64,000 bases of DNA from Monocercomonoides exilis PA203 (lineage: Eukaryota > Protista > Preaxostyla). Position numbers and translations under genes: made by a program. Below, piece after piece: positions 35,401 to 46,791 of this stretch. Under the pieces are notes generated by a model. It made no database searches and was not told the origin of the DNA. It saw only the letters and a list, made by a program, of their open reading frames with translations. The DNA is taken from assembly GCA_001643675.2 (NCBI GenBank), contig LSRY02000017.1, positions 558,001-622,000 of the forward strand. Reading direction: 5' to 3'. Numbering within the stretch: position 1 is the stretch's first letter; every line of letters begins with the position of its first letter.

Positions 35401-38400
35401 ATTTGCCTTCCTTCTACCAGCTTCTGCATCCCTCTTTGTCCCAACTTTCCCTTCCGCTGCAAAAACCGCTCTTTCTGCTGGATCATCTCGTGCTGCTTCA
35501 GACGATCTGTAAGCGATCCTGCATTTGAAGAAAGATGAGACGATGAAGAAGTTGATCCACTTGAAGAGGATTGAAGTGAATTTGCTTGAGACATAATTGT
35601 GTCATATAAAGAAAGTGAAGATAAAGGTGAAGTGTTTGCACCTGTAGATGAACCAAAGAATGCAGAAGCAGCAGAAACAAACGGATGCATTGTCATTTTC
35701 TGTGTGGGAATAAGAGAAAGAGAAAGATTTCGAACTAAAAGTGGAATTGACTGATATGAAGACGGAGTGATGACACACAGATGAGCCGAGATTGTTGAAG
35801 GGAGCGGAATCCAATCAGACAAATCTTGCTCATCTGATTCGTCATCACTTTCAGAATCACCTGTTTTCTTATTTTTTTCTTTTGTTGCCTCTTTTTCATC
35901 TTCGTTCAAAGGTGATCCAGAAATAGAGTGGTTTGAGATAAGCTTTTGAAGCCCAAGATCCTTCCCAGAACTGTTGCTGCTTTGAAGGATACTGTCCTCA
36001 TCATCCAAATCTCCGGATGTTTGTTTTTCTCTTTTTTTATCGCAAAATCGTTTCATCTCTGCTGCCACAGTCTCCACTCCATACAACAGCATTAAATCAA
36101 ACAGCCCTCGCATCGCTTGCAACTGAACACGCGGAACGTCACTCGTCGCAGCATGGATCAGCAAAGGCAATCGTTCTTTAGCGTGTCCTTTGCTTAGAAG
36201 GCATATCTGCCCAAGCACTTGCATAGCAGACGCTCGAACAGGAGAGAAAGGATGGGCAATTGAAGGGAAGACGACCTGTGAGAGCAGATGTGGAAGTGAC
36301 GGAGGAGGAAAATGCCGCCTATGAAGAACAATAAAAGAGGAGGTGATGCGAAGGATGCGAAGAAGAGGGTGGAAAGTTATGTCAGCAACTGTTCGAGCAG
36401 AAGATGGCAGCAGCGTCTGTCGTGGTTCTGGACGTTCTTCAGAAACTGAGGAGCCCACAGCATTGAATCCGACATTTTGCGAGTCGTCTTCATTGTCTGT
36501 TTGAATCACATCTTTTAGCATGTGAGTTTGTGGCACAATTTTCAGCGAGCAGTCGAAGAATACTGTCATTAGCTCATCAATTGTATCGACTGCACGTGAT
36601 AATCCTTTCACAACTGGATCAATCAAACAAAAAGGAAGTGTATTTGAAGACAAAAGAGACCGAAATAGACTCAACGCTGTCCTTCTGCCAGCTTCGTCAA
36701 AGTCAAGCAAAGGAATGATCAAAAGAGCATGTCCTATCATCAGTGGGCGAAGGAAGTAAGATACTGTCTTTGGTGACATGAACGGAATAAGCGTGTTGTC
36801 TGGTGTAATTGCATCTGGTTCGATTAGTGACTCATCTATTGGAGGCAGCTGTGTTGCTGGGGTGATTACTTCTCCTGCAGCTGTCATTTGCGAAATCATC
36901 TCATCGCGCAGAATCTGAAGTTGTTGCTCTCTGTGCATTTTCCTTCGGAGAGCCCAGCGAGCTCTGATTTCTGTCAAGAGCCATTGTGCAGGTGGTGTTA
37001 CTAATGCTGATGATACGCCTGTGCCACCGCCTGCAGAATCGATGATAGTTCCACTTCTGTTCTTCTCTCTCTGTTCAGTCTCCATCAACTGCACCATTTC
37101 TGCAACAAGTCCACAGAATGGTGAGAGAGGAATCAGTAGCTGGTCAAGTAGCTCAGACCTAACTGAACTTTCACCGGGAATTGTACCAAGATCCTCTGTT
37201 ACACTTCTGCTTAATTGTGCAGGAGTATTCTTTGCAGATGTTAGTCTTCGAAGATTGTGTCTATTTCCAGATGATGATTGAGAAGATGTTAGTATTGAAG
37301 GACTGTTGAGAAGTGTCACGATTAGATACCGCCAGAATAAGACAGAACCAAATGTGAGTGAGTGCCGATTAAGATCGATGACAACTGAGTCTGTGTGTGT
37401 GATAGAGTAGCCAGCCAGAATAAACGCCACGCTCTGAATCAGCATGTGCGCATGATTGATTGATGACAGAGATGGCATCGAAGGAAGAGAGCACAGAGGA
37501 GAAATAGAAGGAGGTTGTTGGATGGCTTCTTCAATTGCTTGCCATTGTGTAGATGAAAGATCTGATAATGAAGATGCTGAAGAAGAACCAGAAGCACTCA
37601 TCGTTGAATTTCCTTCTTCTTCATTCTCTAATTCGGCTTCTTCAGAATCTCGAAGCTCGCTTGTCATTTTCCTTCCTTGTGCTTTCGAAGAAAGGTGCTT
37701 CAGACTTTTTTCTTCGTCTTCTTCTTTCTGGCGCATCAATTTCAGCTGCTCACCTCTCATCTTCAACTCTTCTTTCTCTCCTCGCTCGTTCTCCAGCACA
37801 GCTAGTGGATCGTCGTTTGGTTCTTCCTCGTCGTTTCCTTCCTCAACATCGCTTTCCACTGCCCATTTTGCGTTGTCTGCATCGTCTTCTTCCCGCTCTT
37901 CCAACCTCATCAGCATTGTTCCTCTCATCCTCTGTCTCTCGGCCTCTTTCACAGCTGCTAGTCGTCTCTCTCTCTCAACTTCTCGCCTCCCACGACCATC
38001 AACAATTGACAACGCAAATGTGTCTAAAAGTTGTACTGGATTATTCCCCTTCTGACGCAGCCACGCGTTACATATTAGATCAGCGCATGCATCTCCAAGT
38101 GCCTTGTCTCTGTGTCCAAAGCAGCGAGAAAGAATAAATGTGATTTGAGATGGAAGAAGTGCATCAATTGGTATTTTTGAATGAATTACTGAAATAGTTT
38201 CAAGTCTGATAAGTGGTGAAGTGTCACTTAATCGATCGAGAATGAATGGGATTGTGCCTATATGAGGAGAAATATATTTCAAAGCTGCCAGACGAACTTC
38301 TGGAACCGAATCAGATAACATTCGCACATATGCCTTAACTACAGGACAATCAATTCCGAGAGTAGGTGATTGCAGGCGGTGCATTGCAAATCCTGCCATT

Positions 38401-38903
38401 GCTCGAATAGTTGGAATACGATCGACCGAACGAATGATGCAAACTTCTTGAACCTCGTCCAATATAGCTGCACTAAATTCACTGTCTTCATTAAGTTTTT
38501 GAAGAAGTTCTCCAATTAATTGGAGAGATCGCAGTCTCACATTTCGATCATTAACAGATGCACACTTAACCAGATAGTGCAAAAAAGATTCTGCAAAATC
38601 AATTTGATATTGTGCCAATAAAGCTTGTGCTTCCCCATGTCTTTTAGGCGATGAAATTTGCTGTGGGGCTATCTGCACCTTTGATGTTGAGCAAAATGCA
38701 GCAACAAGTTTGATCAATGCATCTGCGTGTGCGTCATTCGGTCCAACAGCCAGAACATGATTAATGCATTCAATAAAATTTGTATGAAATGAAGAATCTT
38801 TTTTCAAAAATGCATTTTGAAATAATTTATTGAGATTAGATAATGAATTTTTCGTTTGTGCAGTTGACGTGTGAGATTCAAAAATGCTGACGATTGATGT
38901 CAT
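32469..38903 (-). CDS. NCAPG: Condensin I HEAT-repeat subunit CAP-G (Ycg1/Cnd3), 2,144 aa, apparently intronless
   Basis: N-terminal HEAT motifs characteristic of CAP-G: DRNVRLRSLQLIGELL, DRIPTIRAMAGFAMHRLQ, DSVPEVRLAAL, TIPFILDRLSDTSPLIR. Also DFDEAGRR, VRASAMQVLGQICLL, AMRGLFDLMLLYG, AVEGLVKLL. ATG at 38903 (the ORF track starts at the preceding TTG). Confidence 0.9.
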   Translation of the reverse strand: MTSIVSIFESHTSTAQTKNSLSNLNKLFQNAFLKKDSSFHTNFIECINHVLAVGPNDAHADALIKLVAAFCSTSKVQIAPQQISSPKRHGEAQALLAQYQIDFAESFLHYLVKCASVNDRNVRLRSLQLIGELLQKLNEDSEFSAAILDEVQEVCIIRSVDRIPTIRAMAGFAMHRLQSPTLGIDCPVVKAYVRMLSDSVPEVRLAALKYISPHIGTIPFILDRLSDTSPLIRLETISVIHSKIPIDALLPSQITFILSRCFGHRDKALGDACADLICNAWLRQKGNNPVQLLDTFALSIVDGRGRREVERERRLAAVKEAERQRMRGTMLMRLEEREEDDADNAKWAVESDVEEGNDEEEPNDDPLAVLENERGEKEELKMRGEQLKLMRQKEEDEEKSLKHLSSKAQGRKMTSELRDSEEAELENEEEGNSTMSASGSSSASSLSDLSSTQWQAIEEAIQQPPSISPLCSLPSMPSLSSINHAHMLIQSVAFILAGYSITHTDSVVIDLNRHSLTFGSVLFWRYLIVTLLNSPSILTSSQSSSGNRHNLRRLTSAKNTPAQLSRSVTEDLGTIPGESSVRSELLDQLLIPLSPFCGLVAEMVQLMETEQREKNRSGTIIDSAGGGTGVSSALVTPPAQWLLTEIRARWALRRKMHREQQLQILRDEMISQMTAAGEVITPATQLPPIDESLIEPDAITPDNTLIPFMSPKTVSYFLRPLMIGHALLIIPLLDFDEAGRRTALSLFRSLLSSNTLPFCLIDPVVKGLSRAVDTIDELMTVFFDCSLKIVPQTHMLKDVIQTDNEDDSQNVGFNAVGSSVSEERPEPRQTLLPSSARTVADITFHPLLRILRITSSFIVLHRRHFPPPSLPHLLSQVVFPSIAHPFSPVRASAMQVLGQICLLSKGHAKERLPLLIHAATSDVPRVQLQAMRGLFDLMLLYGVETVAAEMKRFCDKKREKQTSGDLDDEDSILQSSNSSGKDLGLQKLISNHSISGSPLNEDEKEATKEKNKKTGDSESDDESDEQDLSDWIPLPSTISAHLCVITPSSYQSIPLLVRNLSLSLIPTQKMTMHPFVSAASAFFGSSTGANTSPLSSLSLYDTIMSQANSLQSSSSGSTSSSSHLSSNAGSLTDRLKQHEMIQQKERFLQRKGKLGQRGMQKLVEGRQIVECAVEGLVKLLATGRIGFVFEKVESDENEEEEEKTEEKDNNGDDEKNEDNREGDADEEKDDTLSQQSHDHSDGFHGLSSQWPTYDGHIPSTQMLITRSLGSAFELKTPSLERNVSSSITTPYESKVMEESPMAVHNNELSLPPPLSPHSASIALLSSSKLCAATGYAALLSQLLVCLFHPSTTEMDKVRQILFVGMSIVIKRLVVLTEKDRAKKMKFRREAKNLSESNQSDFLESMEVGIQDSTCTYNGIRQYIEQSLNRESGSTASTASNTASASRSSSQASSFNQPTVISKANLKHLSKVHVQPCWMQDPVEVIILSFSLLLRSIAMSSEHSELREADFSKITLFLLQITDDGERSIEKDSEKEGVEKEKEHNEDEQDKMEMDEDNEKEKEKENDNEEPQNDKTEESTNKTTNSSVTAKVKAKAKAKAKSKAKAKANSKSKAQSKKNGKSSNKKNEEEDIESDSEFEELKIKMDEDDQPLQDKTDTTQKLTVSQPNSHERMLYRALLDAVSANRSVAYLKRDPDDESDEDDEYSDDEEDEDNFGKRGAKASSRKKNQSASKRGGKQNRDLRGRKKSSPLIQIMKLFIPTLKFYQTPNLIKFSKMLKQKKSNNYRESDLITSECIFFTELLLLMRKISNQLEGDFQLQRTWRNWLNSIGLEYIGDSTKITEEMKEEQGCTPACQLKYFLATGKAIRGGNNAKEDKKTDSETEKAEGQEEDKEEESDLTIFELERMCLEERITFHTSQMHEWWMEAYYEVWNYSNKHKNRQFDDEAQVKDEFSDDYEANKSDEGSKQKRKRKPNIKKGESEVAKNIRQKKQEERSELAMEESDEGGEDELPAKTKRVKDKNDQRRGNGNSAKSQKNNKKGNKGQKRRRRRYEDSESEDESEFEASSDSDEDDSSIDEEDLNDSIDEHDAGESSSDEEELSHEEEDDRKEEAEGDKEDEEDITKSILNSIGEEINRLSMEKKRNSR

Positions 38904-39503
38904 CAATATATTTTATTTTGTAAAAAATCTTATTTTTTCAAAAATTATAATCGTCTTTCTGCCTTTACAAAAGATAAAAGAATTCGAATATGGCCCATAG
39001 TAATATTTCACATGTCATAGTTATGAATCATAACTATTCAATAATTCATTTATTCATTTAAATCTTCAAATCGTTGTTTTTGGATTATTTCTTTTTTTTG
39101 GAAATCATTATTTGCATCGATGCGATGAATAATGAATAACCTTTTATTTCAAGAATCTGTTTGGAATTTAAAAATGCAAAAAAAAAAAAAAAAATAACAC
39201 CTTTGAAATCATTCTGCTTAACATTTTCTGGAATATGAGATATTAAAAAATTTCAAGAGACAAAATTATATATTTTTTGTTCAGTTTTTTATTCATGTTT
39301 TTTGAAAAAATACCATTGCGACAACAGAAATTGTTTGAACAATATTATTTTATATTCAGAAATTTTTATTTTTCTGTTGAATATTTTTCATATAAGATTT
39401 CAATCATTAAAACTATATGGAATACATTCGTGAATATGAAAAAAAAATTTTTTTGAAATTTTTCAAAGTGTTTTTTCTATAAAAATAATATTATGATAGA
39501 CGA

Positions 39504-39670
39504 TTTTCTTTTTTTCTTTTTTTCTTTTTTTCTTTTTTTCTTTTTTTCTTTTTTTCTTTTTTCTTTTTCCTTTCTTTTTCTTTTTTTCTTTTTCTTTTAT
39601 TCTTTTTCTTTTCTTTTCTTTTCTTTTCTTTTCTTTTCTTTTCTTTTCTTTCTTTCTTTCTTTCTCTTCA
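39504..39670. repeat. Polypyrimidine low-complexity tract, degenerate (TTTTC)n
   Basis: About 165 nt almost purely T/C. Confidence 0.9.
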
Positions 39671-41374
39671 ATTTTTTGTCTAGTGAAGGAAATATCATTG
39701 CTTTTTTTAACTTTTGAAAATGGGTAATTTTTTTTGAAAAGTCACAAATGTTTTATTCAAAAATAAATCAAAAATTTCTTATTTCACTCAATTTTTTGTT
39801 AACATATACCAAACTGCCTAAATAAGGAATCAATTTCTGGATGATGTTATTTTATTCATTCCAAAGAAGAATTGTGAGTGAAAACAGAAATATGAGCAAA
39901 ATATGAAAATTTTGGTTTATTTGAAAATTGAACATTTTCAACTTTTCAAAAAGAATTACACAAATAACTAATTTTGGTCAGGTTTTTTTTATAATCTGCA
40001 AATAACTTCGAAGTGAGCATTCGCTGTAAATATGATGGATGTTGAGAATATTTCAATTTCGAATTTATAATAAAAAATTCGTTTTCATTTGTCTCGATTA
40101 ATTGTTTTTGTGAAAAGAAAAAATATAAAGAAACTGAAACATTTTTTTAATGCACATTTTGTTTGAATCACTAACTGGAAAATTACACATATTCCGAAAG
40201 ATCAAAGATAACAATAATAACCACCTTTGGGGAAGTGTGTTGTGGATACATTAAATATAAATATTATAAAGAAATTTGTTTATTGAAATAACCTTTAGTT
40301 TCAAACAATGAAATGATAAAGAATGAAACAGAAAGCGTGCAGCTTTGTTAAGAACGGAAAATTAATTTCCACTTCTGTTCTTTGGATGTGTTCTCAATTA
40401 ATTGAATTCAATAAAAAGCTTCACTGTTAATGTGACACAAAAATGTCAATTCGATTAAAAACTGAGTAAATAATGTTTGTGAAATATTGGTGTTAATAGT
40501 ATTAAACATTTCTTTCTTCAGTTTGTGAATAATAGAAAATTGTTCTTTATCAAAAACAAAAAGTTAATTGAAAATAGAGTCAAAAACAAAACAATTGTCT
40601 CAAAAACCAACGTTTGTGATAAATAGGTGATTATTTTTCAAAATATTTTTATTCAATCGAAAATTTCGGATCGAAAATAAATTTTAAGCATTTTCAAAAC
40701 GAACATCGTAGTGTTTAAACTCCAAAAAAAAATTAATAATTTTTTCTGTTTGATCTTGAACATTGGTATTTGCGATAATCGCAACACGTCAAAAATATGA
40801 ATGATCCTTTCCTTGCCAAAGACAAAGAATTATCTTATTACCAACATACCGACAAAAGCTATGATTTCAAAAATTATAACACAAATATTTCACAAAATCT
40901 CAGAATGCTTTATTTGATTTGAAATTTTTTCTTTTTATTTCATTGCTGTTTATCAAGTTTGCTGTAATCAAATGGATTAACTTCAAGCTTAAAACTATTA
41001 TTGTTATTGACTCTTGTGTATTAATTGGAAATCCAGTTTTATTCATCAAAAACTCAAAGGAGAAATAACCACATCGAATGTGATGACTATCATATGTTAT
41101 CGCCTGAAGATGAGATTATGACATCATTATTTAAAATGATTTGGACAGTATGTGATTTAATATTATTCAAAAAATGCATTATTTCACAAAAAATTTTCGT
41201 TAACATTTTTTGAATTTGAAGTGAAAAGTCATGAAAAAAAAGTTTTTTTTTTCCGATTTCGCTGGCAGCAGGAAAAAAAAATGAACAACAAATTAGAAAA
41301 GCTTAGGAACAATAGTAATTCTTATATATTCAGTTTCATCATTGATTTCATTATGAAAATACAATTATTTAATG

Positions 41375-41824
41375 CAGTCAAAACCGGATATAATCACATC
41401 GGTTTTTGCACGACTTTTCGTGACTATATCCGATTGTGATTATAAGCGATGTGACAAAACACAGAAAAAAATGAAATTTAATTTTTGAAATTATTAATTT
41501 TGGGTCAATTTTTTTATTTTTGAAAAAACTTGACAAATACACATTTCTCAATAGAAAAAACAATTTTTATTGTTTTATTTTGTTATTTGGACTTATTTAA
41601 ACATTATTTTGAAAAATCGGTTTTTTTGAAATTTTTGATCAAAAAACCGTTTTTCATTGAAAAAATCACCCATTATGATTAAAAATGTGATTATATATTT
41701 TCATCCCTGTGATTATATTCGATGGAAAATGAATGAAAAATGAGCTAAAAATGTCGGTGCATGGAAAAATGTGACTATGAACGAATATGATTGTATTCGA
41801 TGTGATTATATCCGGTTTTGACTG
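41375..41824. mobile_element. 450-bp non-autonomous MITE, Tc1/mariner (pogo-like) type
   Basis: Perfect 27-bp TIRs: CAGTCAAAACCGGATATAATCACATCG (41375-41401) and its exact reverse complement (41798-41824). Right flank is TA and left flank TG (probable mutated TA TSD). AT-rich interior with no transposase ORF. Confidence 0.88.
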
Positions 41825-42104
41825 TATTTATTTTTGATAAAGAAAAAAATACCGTAAATTTATCTAATAAATTTTGTTTTTAAATTATTTAAAGAATATA
41901 AATTGATTAAACATAATAAAGATTATTTTATAATTAAGTGCTCCAATAATTTAATCAGGTTATTTAATTATTATTTTGTTTAAAAATTAACATTTATCAT
42001 CTTAATGTTAAAAAACATTAAACAAACAAATCAATGAAAAAAAAAAAAAAAAAACATTTTAAGGTGAAAAATCAAAATCAAAACTGAAAAGAACTCAAAA
42101 CATT

Positions 42105-45100
42105 TCAACGAGGCTGATGAAGAAACTGATCAAGCGTTGAAGCAGGATGCTGCTGATTATGAGAAGAGTGACTCATTGAAGAGTGATGATGTGAAGATGA
42201 GCGCATGGAAGGATGAGACATCGGCAATGTGGCTAAGCGAGGATCTGGAGGTGGCTGTGAGGGATTTAGCTTTTGTAGTGCAGAAAGCAGAGCTACTGAA
42301 GATGTTGGGGAAGGAGCATTTGGAGGTGGAAGTCCAGGAGGCATTGCCGGAGGCATCTGCTGCATGGGTGCCCCACTCAGTGCGTACAGCGATTGAAGCA
42401 AAGAAGCAAAATTGCTATCAGCTCCTTGTGACATTTGTTGCTGCTGAGGATGTCCTGGGTAGTTTTGTGGAGGAGCTCCCATTTGCTTTTGCTTTATTAT
42501 CTCAACAACTGAACGGATCTTGTCATATGACGAATCAGTTGGCACAGGAGGAGCAGGCGGCATTGAGGACGGTGGCATCCGCTGCGAAAGCATCTGACGA
42601 GGATCCGGCGGTGCACCAGGCGACTGATAGCGGACATCAGGTGGATATCTGTCATTCATCTCAGGGTAAGGCGATCTGTCATCTGGTCGATCTCTTCCCC
42701 TGTCCATGCGCGGATCCCAGCCATCGCGGTCAAACCTCTCTTTCTCTCGTTCCCGATCCCAGTCACGATATCTCTCTTTGCTTCTTTCACGATCATGATC
42801 GCGATCTCTTTCTCTGCTGAAATCTCTCCCTCTATCAAATCCACGCCTCTCGTTCTGCCAGCGGTCGTCGTCGCGTCTTCTGTCCTTCCACAACAAGGGA
42901 TCAACGTTACCTTGGGACATATCCATCATTCCTTGTGGTGGCATCGGTGGAATGCCGTAGCGCATGTCATTGCGATTGTCCATCGGCATTCGAGGAGGAA
43001 ATTGCCTCCGATCTCTGCCTCTTTCTCTGGTCCAGTCCCTCTCTCTAAATCGGTCTCGGTCGTCCCACCTTCCGTCTCTCTTGTCAAAGTCCCTGTCACG
43101 CATATCACGCATATCACGCATATCTCGTCTATCTCTGTCTCTGTCTCCATGCTTCATATACTGCCCGCCTGCTTGCTTTGTGGCTTCAGGATGGAACATG
43201 GGGCGATCAGCAGGATACTGCGAAGTCAAGAGCAGTTCGCGAAATGGTCTGAGCTTCTTAATATCTTTCAAAACGTCATTCAATGTTTCATTAAATGATA
43301 CAGCCAGAGAAGGACGAGCAAATTCAATGAGGGCAAATGAGCCAGGAGTCAAAGCAGAGAATGGTCCTTTGTATGCCTTTCGCACAAGCACAGACACAAT
43401 CACTTCCGAAACAGGTTGGTCAAAGAACACACTGACAAAATCAATAATCTCTTTTGCTTTGACAGGACATTGTTTTTCCTCGAATACCATGAATGGATAT
43501 TGAGAATCTGATTGCAAAGGAATTTCAAACGAACCATTTTTCTTTTCGGACTCATCATGTGTATCAAATTGTGACTGTTCCATCATTTTAAGCATATTTT
43601 CTATGTTTCCATTCATGCTTTCATCTTTCATTGACATTTCTTCAGCTGTTTTAGCTGAATTTTCAGATCGGTTTTGCATCGAAACATTTTGTTGCTCGTT
43701 TTTAATTCCCATTATTTCCCGCTCAGTTTTCGTTATCTCATCTTCTAATTCACTTTTAACATCAAATTCATCTTTTTGATTTGGCTCAGTTTTCTGGCCA
43801 ATCTTATCACTTTTTGAACGCCATTGGTCAGCGTTTGTTAGTTTTGAATCTAATGAATCTAATGACAAATCAGTTTTAAAGAGTTTCAAGCCTGTTTCAG
43901 GAAATGAGTTATCAGAAGACGAATTAACAGAAGTGGCCACATCGATATTGCCTTCATCTTTGACTCCTGCATTTTCGTCAAAGGAGCTTTCAGATTTGCC
44001 GGCTTCTTCATTTGCAGAAGGAATACGGTACCGCTTCGTAGCAACCAAGCCATAATCTTGGTCAAAATCATCTGATGAATGAAATGATTGACCTCCAATC
44101 ATTTCACTCACTTCTTTTGCATCAGATTCAATCTGTTTGTTTATGTCATCCTCAGTTTTTGGAGCCGAAGCTTCCGGGATTGCTTTCTCGTTATTGCTTT
44201 TTCGCGCTTCTTCCATCGCAGAGCCCCAACTGTCATCAGCTGTACTTTTCTTTGCATTCACTTCTTCAACGCTCTTCCTGGGGTCAACAGGAGCACTTTT
44301 AGCTGTGCTCAACTTGTTTGCTTTTGCTTTTTCTTCTGTTCTTTTCTTAACAAATTCAGTTTGCCAGTCCTCAAACTCAAAATTGGATGTTGGAATGTCT
44401 GTGATGAGATGCAGATGCTCTCTGCGCTCTTCTTCATCTTCAATCGTGAGTGGATTCGAAAACAGCAACAGAACAGTATTTTCTGACCGCCTCATGAACA
44501 TCCCTCCTCTCTGCACTCCATGTCGTTCCAGTTCAAACTCAGGATCGCCCAGCGGAATTGGGCCATTGATAAGCTTCAGCGTGTGTATCCCTCCTGCCTC
44601 CATCGCATGGTGCACGCACGCCTTTATATACTGCGCCCGCGAAAAGTGCAGCTTCTTGCAGCCTTTCTCAAAGCGGCAGCCACGTGACGTCTGATAGAAA
44701 TAGCACATGGGAGTGTCGTCATAATTCCTTTCTTGGTCGCGATCACGATCTCTGTCTCTATCCCTGTCTCTGTCCCGGTCTCTATCTCGATCTCTATCTC
44801 TGTCAAATCCTCTGCCTCTTTCATAATCTTTTGAGTTATTCCCATACTGCTCTTCTCCTCCTCCCCATTGATTGTCCCAGCTTCTTTCCCATGGATTTTC
44901 TTTCCCTCCGCCTTTTCCACTTTCTCTATCGAAATCTTTGGCATTTGCTCGGTCTCTCTGATTGTCTCGCATGTCATCGTTATCTCTTTTTCTATCTGCA
45001 AACTTGTCAAAACCTTTATCATCTGAAACGTCTCCAGAAGAAGATTTATTGTTCACAGCAGCCGTGCTCAATATAAATATCACCAGTGGCTCTGGATCCA

Positions 45101-46545
45101 GACGCGAGGAAAGACCTGCTGGAAGCGGAGGAGGCTCAGTCTGGATTGGTCGCTGTCCCACATTGTTCAGCACTGCAGTTGGAACAGGGTACCCCTTCAA
45201 CCGCCTCTGGTCGATCATATAGTCATATTCCTTCAAGACGTATTGAGCTATTTCTGGTGTAGAGAATTCCACAAAGGCATAAGATGGAACAGGGCTTCCT
45301 TTTGCTTTGAAAAGCTTTATTTGCTCTGGTGTTATGCCAGCACTCACAAATCGTCTGGACAGCGCATCTTCAGTGTTGTATGCTCCGAGTTGACCAACCC
45401 ATAGTGATCTTTCTGGATCAACATAGAGCTGTCCCCCACTAACATGTGCATCAGGGCACGACGATCCCCTAGGACATCCTACAACATCATTCAGAAATAT
45501 TTGATCACATTACGAAAACAATTGGTTTTAAAAAACAAGATTAATAGAAAAGGCTCAAATTCCTCCAATAAAAATTATTAAAAATCAAAATTTAAAGATT
45601 TATTTATATAGGGTTTAATTTTGGCTTTTGAAGATTTTCTTTCTCATAAATGAGAATCATGATTCAAGCACCAAGACTTATTTAATCTTGTGCAGAGTTC
45701 ATTTTCCTTCACAGCGCCTGATGATCCCATGAATAAAAGAATTTCATTTTTATTTGATTTTTTCTTTTTTCATTTTTTGTAAATTTAATTAAGTTATTTA
45801 TCAAACCGCTTGGAGTATTGTAAAACTGACAAACAGCCCTTCTTTTATTGTCAACATTTTCTTGATTAAATGAATCAAAAGAGGATTTTTCAATTTTTGC
45901 TTCTGGTTTTTGTTGTGAAAGTTCTTTCATTTTATCTTGATCAAAAGTAGATGGATCTGGAATGGAGAAAATTAGAGGAGTAGTTTTTGGGAGAGGATTA
46001 TGATGGAGCGCATAATCTCGCTCTTCAACAGTAGAAAATTCAACGAGCGCGGAATAGTCATTTTCTGTTTCAATAAATTTAAAACGTGTCCCCTGTCAAT
46101 TTTATTTAAATGAAAAAATGATTATTTTTATATTAAGAATTAAGATATCCAAAAAAATTTTATTTTTTTAAATAATTATTGTTCTTATTTTGCATTTACA
46201 TCATATAACATATTTTATTTTTTTATTTTTTTTCTCTCTCTAAAATAATCTTGTTTCATTTTCGCAAACCTCATTTTCAAAATATTTTGGAAATTCCCCA
46301 ATGTCCATAACATCCTCTGAAATTTTATCAACTTTCAAACACAAATCTAATCTTGGTGGAACAACATCAGATTTTTCGACCATTAATTCTGATATTAATT
46401 GCAATGCTTGTTGTATTTGTTCTGGCTCTCCAGAAAAAGAAACCAAATTGTTATCATATGTGATTTTTGCACCAGATCTACGTTCAAACTCTGGTGTTGC
46501 ATTAAAAACATATTTTAGTAAAGAATAAGGAACTTTTAAAGCCAT
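42105..46545 (-). CDS. Multi-domain RNA-binding protein (degenerate KH, RRMs, two CCCH fingers, RD repeats, Pro/Gln tail), ~1,311 aa; exons 46545-46270, 46092-45807, 45478-42105
   Basis: KH-like FERRSGAKIT...VSFSGEPEQIQQALQLI. RRM-like SALVEFSTVEERDYAL. CCCH CQFYNTPSG|CPRGSSCPDAH. RRM RNP2 SLWVGQL with RNP1 SYAFVEF. Second CCCH CYFYQTSRGCRFEKGCKKLH. Further RNP1-like SFALIEF. (RD)n at about 44735-44800. Confidence 0.85.
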
Positions 46546-46791
46546 CTTTTTTAATGATCAAACATACGATCTATTCCATATATTATGAGCGAATTTCAGA
46601 TCAAAAATTTTTGAATGTGAAATGTTCAACATAAATAATTTATTGTATTTATATGATAGTGTGCTTCTTAAAAAGCAAATTAAATTATTTCTTTCTAAAT
46701 CAAAACATATAACAAAATAATTCAATAATTACAAAATGAAATGAGAAATGAAGTGTATTTGCTTGACGATTGAAATGAATTGGAGATTCAA

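Noticed and set aside
39700-41370. Possible pseudogene or element remnant in the long AT-rich spacer, including a TIR-like CACATCG near 41070
   Set aside because: No recognisable protein motif, partner TIR or splice-consistent frame was found by eye.
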